Below, one piece after another: positions 9,494-19,127 of a stretch of 64,000 nucleotides of DNA. Position numbers and translations under genes: made by a program. Every line of letters starts with the position of its first letter. Within the stretch, counting starts at the first letter, position 1. Source of the DNA: a virus (lineage: Duplodnaviria; Caudoviricetes); the IMG/VR virus record IMGVR_UViG_2551306498_000001, positions 5,042 through 69,041 of that record; one strand, 5' to 3'. The notes under the pieces were generated by a model. The model had not been told where the DNA came from. It did no database searches and saw nothing but the letters and a program-made list of their open reading frames with translations.

Positions 9494-9622
9494 ATGGGCT
9501 TCAAAGTTTTAGCGCCACATGAGGTTAAGTGCATGCAATGCCCTCGCAGGGTGAGAGTCTTCGGAAACAAGTCATATGTGGTATGTGACAAGTGCCTTCG
9601 TAAACAGTTTAGTAAAAAGTAA
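9494..9622 (+). CDS. Small zinc-ribbon protein (42 aa, not in track)
   Basis: MGFKVLAPHEVKCMQCPRRVRVFGNKSYVVCDKCLRKQFSKK; RBS AGGAGG. Confidence 0.6.
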   Translation: MGFKVLAPHEVKCMQCPRRVRVFGNKSYVVCDKCLRKQFSKK

Positions 9623-9640
9623 TTTTGGAGGGATATACAG

Positions 9641-9961
9641 ATGGACTATACAAAATTCACCGAAGATCTGAAAGCAGCACACAAGGCCGCAAAGGAAGCA
9701 ACAGAAGGCATGCAGGACGGAGGCACAGCCAATCTAGATAAGTTGTTCATCCGGTTGCCAAGAGCGCGGGAAACCAAGGTTCTGGAAGCGATAAAGGAAG
9801 CTGGTTTGTATTGCAGAGCTAAGAGCCGTTGGATCGGAGACGGATACATGATCACGGTTAGCGGAGCGCAGGGCAATGTCAGGGAGAAATCAGTCACCGT
9901 ATTTGCAACAGAAATGCACGAAAGAGGATATGAGATTATGCCGTATCGCCAAATGGATTAG
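9641..9961 (+). CDS. Hypothetical phage protein
   Basis: 106-aa ORF with RBS GGAGG. Confidence 0.7.
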   Translation: MDYTKFTEDLKAAHKAAKEATEGMQDGGTANLDKLFIRLPRARETKVLEAIKEAGLYCRAKSRWIGDGYMITVSGAQGNVREKSVTVFATEMHERGYEIMPYRQMD

Positions 9962-9965
9962 CAAG

Positions 9966-10154
9966 ATGGCAGGCATACCGATCAAGAGACGTCTGGCACG
10001 ATTCTACAGGCACCTTGAAGACGGAGACGAGGTGTTTGCCATCGCTGAGTGCCGGGACGGATACGTTTACTACAACCCAATAGACGGACGTGGAGAGTTG
10101 GAGAAGATGCTATCCCAGCAGTTCTTTATGGAGTATGAGTGGATTCAAGATTAG
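9966..10154 (+). CDS. Hypothetical protein
   Basis: ATG 9966 (MAGIPIKRRL...) within track ORF 9876..10154. Confidence 0.55.
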   Translation: MAGIPIKRRLARFYRHLEDGDEVFAIAECRDGYVYYNPIDGRGELEKMLSQQFFMEYEWIQD

Positions 10155-10166
10155 GGAGGAAGCAGC

Positions 10167-10346
10167 ATGAAACGGATCGTGTTCAGCCGGAACAAAGGCG
10201 TTGGGTATCAGACTTACAAGGAAACATTTGAATTTGATGATGATGTTACGGAAGAAGAAATAAACGAGGCCTATAAAGAATGGGTTTGGGAAGAAGTCGG
10301 GGACGAATTCACTTGGTATGAAGAAGGGGAGGAAGAACAGTCATGA
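10167..10346 (+). CDS. Acidic 59-aa phage protein (not in track)
   Basis: MKRIVFSRNKGVGYQTYKETFEFDDDVTEEEINEAYKEWVWEEV...; RBS GGGAGG; ATGA overlap with the next gene. Confidence 0.65.
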   Translation: MKRIVFSRNKGVGYQTYKETFEFDDDVTEEEINEAYKEWVWEEVGDEFTWYEEGEEEQS

Positions 10347-10579
10347 CAGAGGAACGCCTTCAAGAAATTAGAGCAATGGTTAACACGGGATTTATACCAG
10401 CTCCAGGTAATGCTACGGTGGCTCAACTGCTGGAATACTCAGATAGTTTGGATGTAGAGAACATCAGACTACGCAAGGCGCTCACGGATGCACTCAAGCT
10501 AATGGACAAAAAGTTTTACGGGATGGCACACAAGAACATTGTGGAGGCTTTGGGTCAGGAAGGAGAGGGGAACCAATGA
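10343..10579 (+). CDS. Hypothetical protein
   Basis: Translationally coupled (ATGA) 78-aa ORF. Confidence 0.65.
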   Translation: MTEERLQEIRAMVNTGFIPAPGNATVAQLLEYSDSLDVENIRLRKALTDALKLMDKKFYGMAHKNIVEALGQEGEGNQ

Positions 10580-10824
10580 AGGGCATCAAGACGATTCATA
10601 TTAACGATCTTCGCGCCGGACAGTACATTAACTTGAACGGTGAGGTGACGTCCTTGGAAAAAGTTAAGGTACTCATCGCATCAGGCGAAACACCTGTAAT
10701 CTACACAGTATCTGATCAGTATATCGAGAGAGCGTTGGATTCCCTGAGCACAACCCGTAAGGAGGGCTTGGAGTACCGGGACTTCCAGGAGGACGATCCC
10801 GAAGCACTGCGCATCCTGTACTGA
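10576..10824 (+). CDS. Hypothetical protein
   Basis: Coupled 82-aa ORF. Confidence 0.6.
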   Translation: MKGIKTIHINDLRAGQYINLNGEVTSLEKVKVLIASGETPVIYTVSDQYIERALDSLSTTRKEGLEYRDFQEDDPEALRILY

Positions 10825-10877
10825 AAAAAGAGGGATGAGGTCCTTTGGGCCTCTCCCTACTAAGGAGGATATAACAC

Positions 10878-10979
10878 ATGACATTCTTTGAATGGATGGA
10901 CGGAAATCCTGGAACAGCACTGCTGATGTGGCTGATTATGTTCCTTTCAATAGCAAGCTTCAGTTTCAAACGAAAATAA
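10878..10979 (+). CDS. 33-aa single-TM peptide (not in track)
   Basis: MTFFEWMDGNPGTALLMWLIMFLSIASFSFKRK; strong RBS TAAGGAGG. Confidence 0.55.
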   Translation: MTFFEWMDGNPGTALLMWLIMFLSIASFSFKRK

Positions 10980-10998
10980 GGGTGGGGAGGATATATAG

Positions 10999-11388
10999 AT
11001 GACAAAAACAGCGTTGACCCGGGAGCAAGTGTTGGAGATGGAGCCTGGCGAGGAAATTGATACATTGGTTGCGGAAAAGGTCATGTGTTGGAAAAGGCAT
11101 AAACCTGAGTCATGGGAAAATGAATACTGGGTTGATAAAGATGGATCGTTGATGTATGAGGTAAAAAAGTTTCAACCATCAAGGAATAAGCTCGATGCGT
11201 GGAAAGTCGCTGAAAGTTATCCTATTTGCAGGATTGAGCGACATGAAATATTCGTTGGGAACGTAAACCACGAAATCGAAATGTGGTCAGGATTCGACTA
11301 TATTGATCCCGTAAAAATTGAGGACAAAATCATGGAATTAGGTATTAGCAAGTGCGCATTAATCAATTCACTGAATTTCAATAACTAA
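10999..11388 (+). CDS. Phage ABA-sandwich-like domain protein
   Basis: 'EIDTLVAEKVMCWK...FQPSRNKLDAWKV' resembles the phage ABA sandwich family. Confidence 0.55.
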   Translation: MTKTALTREQVLEMEPGEEIDTLVAEKVMCWKRHKPESWENEYWVDKDGSLMYEVKKFQPSRNKLDAWKVAESYPICRIERHEIFVGNVNHEIEMWSGFDYIDPVKIEDKIMELGISKCALINSLNFNN

Positions 11389-11434
11389 TCCGCGTTATTG
11401 GCTGTACTGGACTTATAACATAGGAGGGATAGAC

Positions 11435-11605
11435 GTGAAATTACTACACATCGACAACGGGCAAGCAAAAAAGCTTGGTCAAATTATAGAGATGCTATCT
11501 GAAAAGGGATTTGAATCTATCAACCGCAGTGAAGCAATTGGGCACTGCATTGATTTCACTTACGAAATGATGAAAAAGCATGGGTCAAAATTAGACCGTA
11601 AATAA
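11435..11605 (+). CDS. Hypothetical 56-aa protein (not in track)
   Basis: GTG after TAGGAGG; MKLLHIDNGQAKKLGQIIEMLSEKG... Confidence 0.55.
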   Translation: MKLLHIDNGQAKKLGQIIEMLSEKGFESINRSEAIGHCIDFTYEMMKKHGSKLDRK

Positions 11606-11697
11606 TTGGCCGGAGGCGTCCGATTCGACCGAAATACTAAGCGAAGCGAGGCCGGATAAGGGTTTCTGGTCTCCCCAAATAGGAGGATATACAAACC

Positions 11698-11976
11698 ATG
11701 AGTAAAACAATCGACTTCCACAAAACCAGCAACATGGCAATTGAGATTAACGAAATGTATTGCTTCGCATGCGAGAGTGTTTTCTATGAACTGGATGGTC
11801 ATGAGCTTGATGATTGCCCTAAATGCGGACAAAACTTTGAGAATTACCAGCCAGATTGTAACGATGGAGACGATGACACCTACCTGTTAATTGTAGACCC
11901 GGTAACAGGCGTTCCAGCCGTTGTGAGACGTGATGGAGAGCCAGTGTTGGCTCCCAAGGAAGGAGCGGAACAATGA
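11698..11976 (+). CDS. Zinc-ribbon protein
   Basis: CFAC...CPKC; RBS TAGGAGG. Confidence 0.65.
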   Translation: MSKTIDFHKTSNMAIEINEMYCFACESVFYELDGHELDDCPKCGQNFENYQPDCNDGDDDTYLLIVDPVTGVPAVVRRDGEPVLAPKEGAEQ

Positions 11977-12128
11977 GTAAAGAGGTAATCACATATGCGT
12001 GCATGGACTGCGATGGGTTTTTCAGTCTAGTCGAACCGTCCTCCAGAGCTAACTTTTGTCCTTATTGTGGAGCGGACGAAACAAGCCAGTATTCATTTTC
12101 GAAGGTCGAGGAAGGAGCGGAACAATGA
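11973..12128 (+). CDS. Small zinc-ribbon protein (51 aa, not in track)
   Basis: MSKEVITYACMDCDGFFSLVEPSSRANFCPYCGADE...; ATGA overlaps on both sides. Confidence 0.6.
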   Translation: MSKEVITYACMDCDGFFSLVEPSSRANFCPYCGADETSQYSFSKVEEGAEQ

Positions 12129-12454
12129 AAGACTTGAATTTCGGAAAACCATTTGAGTGGCAAGAACTGAACGGCAAGACTCTTCAGATACTTGCTGGCA
12201 CAGAGAATGGAACATTGATCGTAGTAGGAAGAGATGTAGAATCGCATGATTTGTACGTCCTTCACACCAAAAGCGAAAAAGAAATGATCAAAGAAGATAT
12301 CCAAGCATACATGAAGCAACGAGAAAAACGATTGCAGGAAAAGAACCCGGGGCGCTTCCCTTCTAAGCTAAGAGCATTGTTTATTGATACAGATGAAAGT
12401 TTGTCTATATATCCAAAGGTTGAGGAAGGAGCGGATAAGCATGAGCCTGTATGA
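12125..12454 (+). CDS. Hypothetical protein
   Basis: Start MKDLNFGK at 12125 after GGAAGGAGCGG. Confidence 0.6.
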   Translation: MKDLNFGKPFEWQELNGKTLQILAGTENGTLIVVGRDVESHDLYVLHTKSEKEMIKEDIQAYMKQREKRLQEKNPGRFPSKLRALFIDTDESLSIYPKVEEGADKHEPV

Positions 12455-12821
12455 ATTCAAAGCAAGAGCGTGGGATACAGAAACGAAAGAAATGTCATAC
12501 GAGTTCTTGGAACGGAACTGGTTGAAGGTATGCATATGGTCACCGTACATGGTGTTAATGCTCTATTCCGGAATAAAGGACAGCAAAGGTAAGGATTACT
12601 ACGATGGCGATATCGTTAAAGTAAGTAAGTTGAATTTTGAGAGTAGCGGCCCTTTGCCTGAAAATCTGGTAGTGAGGTTATACGGAGGCATGTTCCAGTT
12701 ATTCAGAGGCAAGGAGCCTTTAATGGGCTTACATTTGGGATACATCGCTGACGGAGAAGTGATCGGAAATATCTACGAAAACCCTGAACTTTTGGGTGGG
12801 GAAGGAGTGGATACAGAATGA
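12441..12821 (+). CDS. YopX-family protein
   Basis: 'FKARAWD...LMLYSGIKDSKGKDYYDGDIVK...EVIGNIYENPELL'. Confidence 0.85.
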   Translation: MSLYEFKARAWDTETKEMSYEFLERNWLKVCIWSPYMVLMLYSGIKDSKGKDYYDGDIVKVSKLNFESSGPLPENLVVRLYGGMFQLFRGKEPLMGLHLGYIADGEVIGNIYENPELLGGEGVDTE

Positions 12822-13057
12822 GACAGTTTGGATTAACTTACGACGATGCCGTTGCAATACAATCCTGCCTGGTAATCGGGCTTGAGGCTCAGAAGATTAG
12901 ATATGATGAACACTGTCATGAAATGACTTTCCCTGATCGGATGGCAGCGCAATTGGACTCTTCACGAACCATGAAAAAGATTGCATACCTCAATAGCTTC
13001 ACCGGGGTCCATAGCAGACGGAGCCTGAAAAAGTTAGGGAAGCTGGTGGTGGAATGA
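12818..13057 (+). CDS. Hypothetical protein
   Basis: Coupled ORF. Confidence 0.6.
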   Translation: MRQFGLTYDDAVAIQSCLVIGLEAQKIRYDEHCHEMTFPDRMAAQLDSSRTMKKIAYLNSFTGVHSRRSLKKLGKLVVE

Positions 13058-13284
13058 ACAACCGAGTAGCTGGTTTGATAAATGAGTGGGAAGGCGTAGC
13101 TCCAGAGGATTTGATTGAAGCTATAAACGAACGTGATCAAGCAATGGAAGATCTGACTCAAATCAATGCCAAGATTGCATCCGACCGGGATCAGCTTAAG
13201 AGGGAACTTGAGTGGTTCGAAGATCGGTGCTTGGAATTGATGAGAGAAAAATGTAAACGGGAGATCCGGGAGGGAACGGCATGA
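13054..13284 (+). CDS. Hypothetical coiled-coil protein
   Basis: Coupled ORF. Confidence 0.6.
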   Translation: MNNRVAGLINEWEGVAPEDLIEAINERDQAMEDLTQINAKIASDRDQLKRELEWFEDRCLELMREKCKREIREGTA

Positions 13285-13913
13285 GCACAGAAGAAGTAGT
13301 AGTTATCACACCTAAGCAGGAAGACGTTGATGATACCAAAAAGATCATTCAATTAAACTTTTTTTCGGATGTGGATGAAGAAGATATCCGTAAAACCAAA
13401 TGGCTTCTTTGTAAATATGTGGACATGATTGACATCATTCAAAATTATGAGTACGCACTCAAGCAGATCGAGAATGGTATGTCAGCTTATGAGTTGTTGT
13501 CTGCGGAGGGAACGGTTGCGAAACGCGAATCAGGCCATGAACTGACTGCAGATGTCACGGCAAATGCAGTTATCATGAAAGACAAGCGTCACGCCAACTA
13601 CAAACTATATGTGTTCATTTCTAACAATGTCCGATTTGCTATAAACAATTTAAAAGATGTCCACGAGGGTGTGGTAGCAAAATTACTGTTCCTAGATGGT
13701 AAGAAGTATTTGAAAGCTCAAGAATACATGGAAAAAGGATATCGCAAGGACGTTCCTGGTATCGCAGCGACTACGTTTGCGGACAAAAGACGCAGAGCTA
13801 TAGCTAATATAGCTAACAGTCTGAAATTCAATCGAACGTTAGATTTTGTAACAATCGACTATGGAAGAGGTCGTAATAACGAAGGTGAGATTGGTTTAAT
13901 TATGCCAAGTTAG
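13281..13913 (+). CDS. Probable late-gene activator (ArpU/RinA-like)
   Basis: Last early gene before a terminator; C-terminal HTH-like 'IAATTFADKRRRAIANIANSL'. Position and pattern match ArpU/RinA-type regulators. Confidence 0.5.
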   Translation: MSTEEVVVITPKQEDVDDTKKIIQLNFFSDVDEEDIRKTKWLLCKYVDMIDIIQNYEYALKQIENGMSAYELLSAEGTVAKRESGHELTADVTANAVIMKDKRHANYKLYVFISNNVRFAINNLKDVHEGVVAKLLFLDGKKYLKAQEYMEKGYRKDVPGIAATTFADKRRRAIANIANSLKFNRTLDFVTIDYGRGRNNEGEIGLIMPS

Positions 13914-13921
13914 TCGTAAAC

Positions 13922-13969
13922 AATAAAACAAAGAGCAGTGATGGTATCCATCCTGCTCTTTGTTTTATT
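13922..13969. terminator. Intrinsic terminator closing the early operon
   Basis: 17-bp perfect inverted repeat AATAAAACAAAGAGCAG / CTGCTCTTTGTTTTATT. Confidence 0.8.
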
Positions 13970-14539
13970 TCAGATAGTTCTGGATGGATACAAACACATC
14001 CATCCAAAGCATCTAGCAAAGTCTTTTGTCCATTCCATGGTGTCCAAATGGGGCATTGCTCCAATCTCAATACGTTATGTAAATATATTAGTATTTAGGA
14101 GGGGTTATATGTTGTTTGCGAGAGGGATCGTTGAATTGTCATGCATGATCTTCCACAGTCGGGGACCGTCTGCCAGGGTACTTAACATAGTGAGTATAGG
14201 AGCGCCGACATTCGATGCGTATATTATACTAATTGCCATATCGCCATAACCATGAACTTTTGAGTACATAACCGTCCAGTAAAGGCGTACCTCAAGACGC
14301 GACTGGTGGAATTTAAGTATTAGTCCCCAAGAGTGCTACACTATCTACAAGTCTAACACAAAAAAATGTATTATATGTGACAATGAGTTTCCACGCTCCA
14401 GCGCTGATACTGATATGTGCAGCACGAATTGTTCCAATGAAAATAGAAGATGTAAAGGTAGCGAACTACAATAAGGGGTGTGTGTAAAAGGTTTATTAAG
14501 GTTGCGGGGAGATCCCAGAGTAAATTCTGGGGAAAAAGA

Positions 14540-14580
14540 TAAACAAAGGCACATGCTCTATCAGCATGTGCCTTTGTTTA
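14540..14580. terminator. Terminator of the lipoprotein gene
   Basis: 18-bp perfect inverted repeat TAAACAAAGGCACATGCT / AGCATGTGCCTTTGTTTA at the stop codon. Confidence 0.8.
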
Positions 14581-15360
14581 CTGTCCTTCAATTGTTACGT
14601 TATCTTTTTTAGTATCCGGACCGTCTGCTCTAAAACCAATAAATGAATCTTCAACCCTTGTTAATATACTTCGATCATCGCGCCAGATTAATCCTGAGTA
14701 TGTTTTATCTAATAATTTCTGTGTAAGCATGCCTGGTCCTATGTCTGATATAAGTGAGTGCGGCTCCTCACCTACAGTAGCAAAAACTATGTAATCATCA
14801 CCAACTTCTTGAACTTTACCGTTTTGCCCATTTGATTCTAATTCTTTTGCATATTCCTCTAGGGTTGAAAACCCTTTATCTTTATACCTGTCAGGGGTGT
14901 AGTTTTTTGATTTGTGTACCATTGTATAACCAGGTTCTAAAACAACTGCTAATGATTCAGTATTTTGTCCTACTCCATCTAAAGTGATGTCCAGCTTATA
15001 CTTCCCTGTATATGTAACGCTTGCTTTTTCTTTTACCAACTGAATAATTTCATCATCTGTAAGATTGATAATATCCCTCATATAAAGGTTTGCCCAGTTC
15101 GTATAAGCAGTTACTTCTCCGTTTGCAAAAACATAAACACCGTCAAAATAAGTCCTTCTTTCAGGATAAATATCCGTTGTAATCCAAACTGAATAATTTT
15201 CCAGTCCTTCACTTAGTGGCATGAAATCCTCTAGTGAATGGTCTTGAGGACCGTCTTGTCCCACTACATCGGCATCACTTTCTTTTCCTCCACAAGCTGC
15301 TAATAGCAATACAACAGCCATTATTAGCGTTAGTAACATCCATTTCTTACGCAAAATCAT
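14578..15360 (-). CDS. Lipoprotein moron
   Basis: Signal peptide II with lipobox LLAAC; antisense to the phage genes; has its own terminator. Confidence 0.8.
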   Translation of the reverse strand: MILRKKWMLLTLIMAVVLLLAACGGKESDADVVGQDGPQDHSLEDFMPLSEGLENYSVWITTDIYPERRTYFDGVYVFANGEVTAYTNWANLYMRDIINLTDDEIIQLVKEKASVTYTGKYKLDITLDGVGQNTESLAVVLEPGYTMVHKSKNYTPDRYKDKGFSTLEEYAKELESNGQNGKVQEVGDDYIVFATVGEEPHSLISDIGPGMLTQKLLDKTYSGLIWRDDRSILTRVEDSFIGFRADGPDTKKDNVTIEGQ

Positions 15361-15792
15361 TTCTTTACTCCTCCTTGAGTTTCTAAACCTGTTGTAAACA
15401 AGTATTGTAACAACACTAATATATCGGAAACTTTAATGGGAATTATTAGCTTTCGAAACATAAAAATTAAAAGTAGCCGCGTTGAAACATTATTCCCACA
15501 AATATTTGGGGTGGATATAAGATCATTAACGCAATAAAATGATCCATCAGTTTAAAAGCGTATGACCGACCAATCTAAGAGCAGAGCAATATACGTAATG
15601 AAAATAGGAGCTTCGGCCCTTTTTACATTACGTATATTATGGAAAGGATGGCGCTTGCGGAGTGGGGGCGATTAACACATCTAGAAAATATGAAGTAAAT
15701 ACGCAATTATAGCATGTTATCTTAAATACATATAAATAACGTAAATAAAAGGTCGCTCTCAGGAGCGGCCTTTTTGTATTGGAGGGAAGAGT

Positions 15793-15963
15793 ATGGATGG
15801 TCATTTTTACAGCAGAAATGAACCGGCTATTCCAAGAGTATCGGACAAGCAGCCGGAACAGTGTCGTGGGTGTGGATGGGGAACTTGGACAGGTGTAAAT
15901 CAATTATGCATTATGCCACGGTGTTGGAAAGGATCAGAAGAGTCAAAGAAGGTGATTGAATGA
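15793..15963 (+). CDS. Small Cys-rich protein (56 aa, not in track)
   Basis: MDGHFYSRNEPAIPRVSDKQPEQCRGCGWGTWTGVNQLCIMPRCWKGSEESKKVIE; RBS GGAGGGA; ATGA overlap with the recombinase. Confidence 0.65.
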   Translation: MDGHFYSRNEPAIPRVSDKQPEQCRGCGWGTWTGVNQLCIMPRCWKGSEESKKVIE

Positions 15964-16520
15964 GAAAGGTACAACCAATTCGCGACGAACGTATTATAGA
16001 TGGGATGAAGGAATACTTCTATATACGAAGCATGCGTAATTACTTATTTTTTTGTATGGGTATATACAGCGGACTTCGTGTTTCTGACTTACTTAGTCTT
16101 AGAGTGTGGCAAACTAAGGGAACTCACATAAGCATGGTTGAGCAAAAGAACAAGCATGCTAAAACATTTATAATTCATCCAAGTATTCGATCAGATTTGG
16201 ATGACTACACTGCGCACATGTTCCCGAATGATTGTCTATTTCCAAGCCGCCAAGTTAAAACAGTAAGTCGAATGCGGAAACAGCCGATTGATCGAACCAC
16301 TGCATATCGTTTTCTGAGTGAAGCAGCTCGTGAATTCAGATTGAAAGACATCGGTGTTCACTCGCTGCGGAAGACTTGGGCATACCGCCTTTATATGGAC
16401 GATCCAGAGAATTTAGCGTTACTAATGGAGATGTTCGGACACATCGATCCAAGAGAGACTTTGGACTATATTGGGTTAACTCAGGACATGATGGACAGAG
16501 CAATTCTGAAATTAAGGTGA
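15960..16520 (+). CDS. Small tyrosine recombinase (catalytic domain only)
   Basis: 'SGLRVSDLL' (R), 'HSLRKTW' (HxxR), 'MFGH', 'TLDYIG' (Y); 186 aa, just upstream of terS. Confidence 0.9.
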   Translation: MRKVQPIRDERIIDGMKEYFYIRSMRNYLFFCMGIYSGLRVSDLLSLRVWQTKGTHISMVEQKNKHAKTFIIHPSIRSDLDDYTAHMFPNDCLFPSRQVKTVSRMRKQPIDRTTAYRFLSEAAREFRLKDIGVHSLRKTWAYRLYMDDPENLALLMEMFGHIDPRETLDYIGLTQDMMDRAILKLR

Positions 16521-16522
16521 TA

Positions 16523-16643
16523 TGAGTGAAACATAAATCACCGTTTAGTGCACTCATTTAAATAATATGAGTACATTAGATGAAGAAACACGTTTTTTTA
16601 TGCCTGAAATGAGTGAAACAGAATTACCTTTATGTTTCAGTCA
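16523..16643. promoter_or_regulatory. Two 34-bp quasi-palindromic sites (candidate recombinase or activator sites)
   Basis: 16523-16556 TGAGTGAAACA-N12-TAGTGCACTCA and 16610-16643 TGAGTGAAACA-N12-TGTTTCAGTCA; also AATATGAGTACA at 16564 and 16661. Confidence 0.55.
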
Positions 16644-16782
16644 ACTTACATTATTTAGTGAATATGAGTACAGAACAACAGCCTACGATTCAGACGGAGG
16701 CTTATTTTGATTCGTAACGTTTGACTATTACTGACCTTAAATAGGAATTCCAACTCAATTACATGAAAGTGGTGATAATTTT

Positions 16783-17511
16783 GTGAGCAGAAAACAGAAT
16801 CCGAATCGGAAGAAAGCGTTCAAGATATGGAAAGATAGCGGCGCTGTGATGAAGCCGAAAGAGATTGCGGAAAAGTTGGGCATTACACCTGAATCAGTCC
16901 GAAAGTGGAAATCGCTTGATCAATGGGAAGGGAAGATGGCTAACGCTAAACCAGGTGCTCCTCGTGGCAATCAGAATGCTAAAGGTAACAGAGGGGGTAA
17001 AGGGGGGCCGCTGGGCAATCAGAAAGCTGTAACACATGGATTGTTCCGTAAGTTCGAGCCGCAAGATCCTGAGTACCTAGAACTCATAGATATTGTTCAG
17101 CAAATGGAACCGATAGATATGATCTGGCATAACATCACCCAGGGTTTCCGTAAAATCATTTGGGCGCAGCGTATTTTCTTCATCAAAGACAAAGAAGATA
17201 TGACCAAAGAGTTGAAAAGAGAGAAACCAGGTGAGTATGGAGATGAATACGAATGGGAAATTCAATTCGCTTGGGATAAATACGCTAGTTTCATCAAGGC
17301 AGAGGCTACGGTCATGCGTGAGATCAGGGGAGCTATCAAACAATTCCTTGATATCGCGCCGCAGGAAGATGAGCGAAGATTGAAACTGGATCAGATGCAG
17401 GCCAAAGTTGATAAAACCCGCCTTGAGATTGAGAAACTTAAGAACGGCGATGGAGATACCGAGGATGATCTGATCGAAGATTGGGTAAAGGCGGTGGAAA
17501 CTGGTGAGTAA
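16783..17511 (+). CDS. terS: Terminase small subunit
   Basis: N-terminal HTH (KEIAEKLGITPESVRKWKSLDQW), 'GAPRGNQNAKGN...HGLF' motif, upstream of terL. Confidence 0.88.
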   Translation: MSRKQNPNRKKAFKIWKDSGAVMKPKEIAEKLGITPESVRKWKSLDQWEGKMANAKPGAPRGNQNAKGNRGGKGGPLGNQKAVTHGLFRKFEPQDPEYLELIDIVQQMEPIDMIWHNITQGFRKIIWAQRIFFIKDKEDMTKELKREKPGEYGDEYEWEIQFAWDKYASFIKAEATVMREIRGAIKQFLDIAPQEDERRLKLDQMQAKVDKTRLEIEKLKNGDGDTEDDLIEDWVKAVETGE

Positions 17512-18958
17512 AGAGTCTCCGCAAACAAAACGCCGCTTTGCTGCATTCAAAAAACGCATTCCAGAGTACCGGAAGAACCCGGTTCTTTTTTGCGTGGAGC
17601 TACTGAAATTCACTCCTGATGAGTGGCAAGCAGAAGTGTTAATGGATATAGCGGGAAGCCCACGGGTGTCGGTGCGATCTGGACAAGGTGTTGGTAAGAC
17701 CGGCCTTGAGGCTGCGGTGGCATTATGGTTCCTGTCGTGCTTCCCGTTTCCGAAGGTTATCTGTACTGCACCGACTCGTCAGCAGTTGCACGATGTCTTG
17801 TGGGCAGAGATTAGCAAGTGGCAAGAGAAAAGCCCTTTGCTCAAACGGATACTCAAGTGGACGAAGACTAAGATTTACATGAGAAATTACGAGGAGCGCT
17901 GGTTTGCTACAGCCCGGACAGCAACTAAGCCAGAAAACATGCAGGGTTTCCATGAAGACTACATGCTTTTCATTGTGGACGAAGCTTCCGGGGTTGAAGA
18001 TCGTATCATGGAGGCTATCCTGGGAACGCTCTCAGGTGAATTCAATAAGCTGCTCATGTGTGGGAACCCAACTCGGACCAGTGGTGTATTCTATGACTCT
18101 CACAACCGAGACCGTGCGGATTACAATACACATAAAGTGTCCTGCTTAAACAGTCCTCGAACAAGCAAAGAGAACATAGCTATGCTTGAACGAAAGTATG
18201 GAAAAGGTTCTGATGTATGGCGTGTACGGGTGGAAGGGGAATTCCCTCGTGGAGAATCTGAAACTTTCATTGCTTTAGAAGTGGCTGAATTTGCTGCCAA
18301 AGATGTAACCCTAGAACCGATAGGAGATATCCTGACCATCGGCTGTGACGTTGCCCGTTTTGGTGATGACGAGACGTCAATGTACGCGGGGATAGGTCCT
18401 GTAACAGTTGGGCATCATCATCATTTCAAGAAAGATACAATGGTTACTGCTGGCTGGGTGTTGAATTTGATAAGAGAATTGTTGCCACAGTACCCAGAAG
18501 TCGTTCATACGAGAATCAGAATAGATGATACCGGTGTAGGTGGTGGTGTCACGGATCGTTTGAATGAGGTTATAGCAGAAGAAGGACTCCCGTATGAAGT
18601 CATTCCAATTAACAATGGATCATCATCTTTGGATGAACATTATGGAAACCTGGGCGCTGAAATGTGGGCTTATATAAAGGGGCAACTGGAACAAAATATG
18701 AGCAATTATATGAACAATGAGCAGGCAGTCCTACAACTTCCTGATGATGATATACTCACTTCTCAATTGACTACAAGAAAATGGTCAATGACCAGTAAGG
18801 GGAAGATACTCCTTGAAAGCAAGAAGGACATGAAAAAACGTGGTCTCAAGTCACCAGATAGAGCGGACGCATATGTTCTCACCTTCGGTGAATATATGCT
18901 GGGAGCACATCAATCTATAATGCTTCCGTCAATAAGTAGTGTGTCAATAAAAAGATAA
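17504..18958 (+). CDS. terL: Terminase large subunit
   Basis: Walker A 'SGQGVGKT', Walker B 'FIVDEAS', nuclease 'GCDVARFGDD' and 'SPDRADA'. Confidence 0.95.
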   Translation: MSKESPQTKRRFAAFKKRIPEYRKNPVLFCVELLKFTPDEWQAEVLMDIAGSPRVSVRSGQGVGKTGLEAAVALWFLSCFPFPKVICTAPTRQQLHDVLWAEISKWQEKSPLLKRILKWTKTKIYMRNYEERWFATARTATKPENMQGFHEDYMLFIVDEASGVEDRIMEAILGTLSGEFNKLLMCGNPTRTSGVFYDSHNRDRADYNTHKVSCLNSPRTSKENIAMLERKYGKGSDVWRVRVEGEFPRGESETFIALEVAEFAAKDVTLEPIGDILTIGCDVARFGDDETSMYAGIGPVTVGHHHHFKKDTMVTAGWVLNLIRELLPQYPEVVHTRIRIDDTGVGGGVTDRLNEVIAEEGLPYEVIPINNGSSSLDEHYGNLGAEMWAYIKGQLEQNMSNYMNNEQAVLQLPDDDILTSQLTTRKWSMTSKGKILLESKKDMKKRGLKSPDRADAYVLTFGEYMLGAHQSIMLPSISSVSIKR

Positions 18959-19127
18959 ACTGAAGATTAAATCTCCCAATCATATAGTGGGGATAATAAA
19001 AAAGAGCATAGCATCACCTTCAAGGATTGTGGGATGCTATGGCCCACGAAAGTGACGTTAAATTGACGATATGTTTGCAATCGAATGACCCTGAAACAGC
19101 AATAAATTAGGCACATAGAGAAGTTAA

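Noticed and set aside
13938-14473. ORF 13938..14249 and a Cys-rich fragment (KKCIICDNEF...CSTNC)
   Set aside because: The ORF starts inside a terminator, the fragment has no start codon, and no family is recognised. At most an unidentifiable decayed gene.
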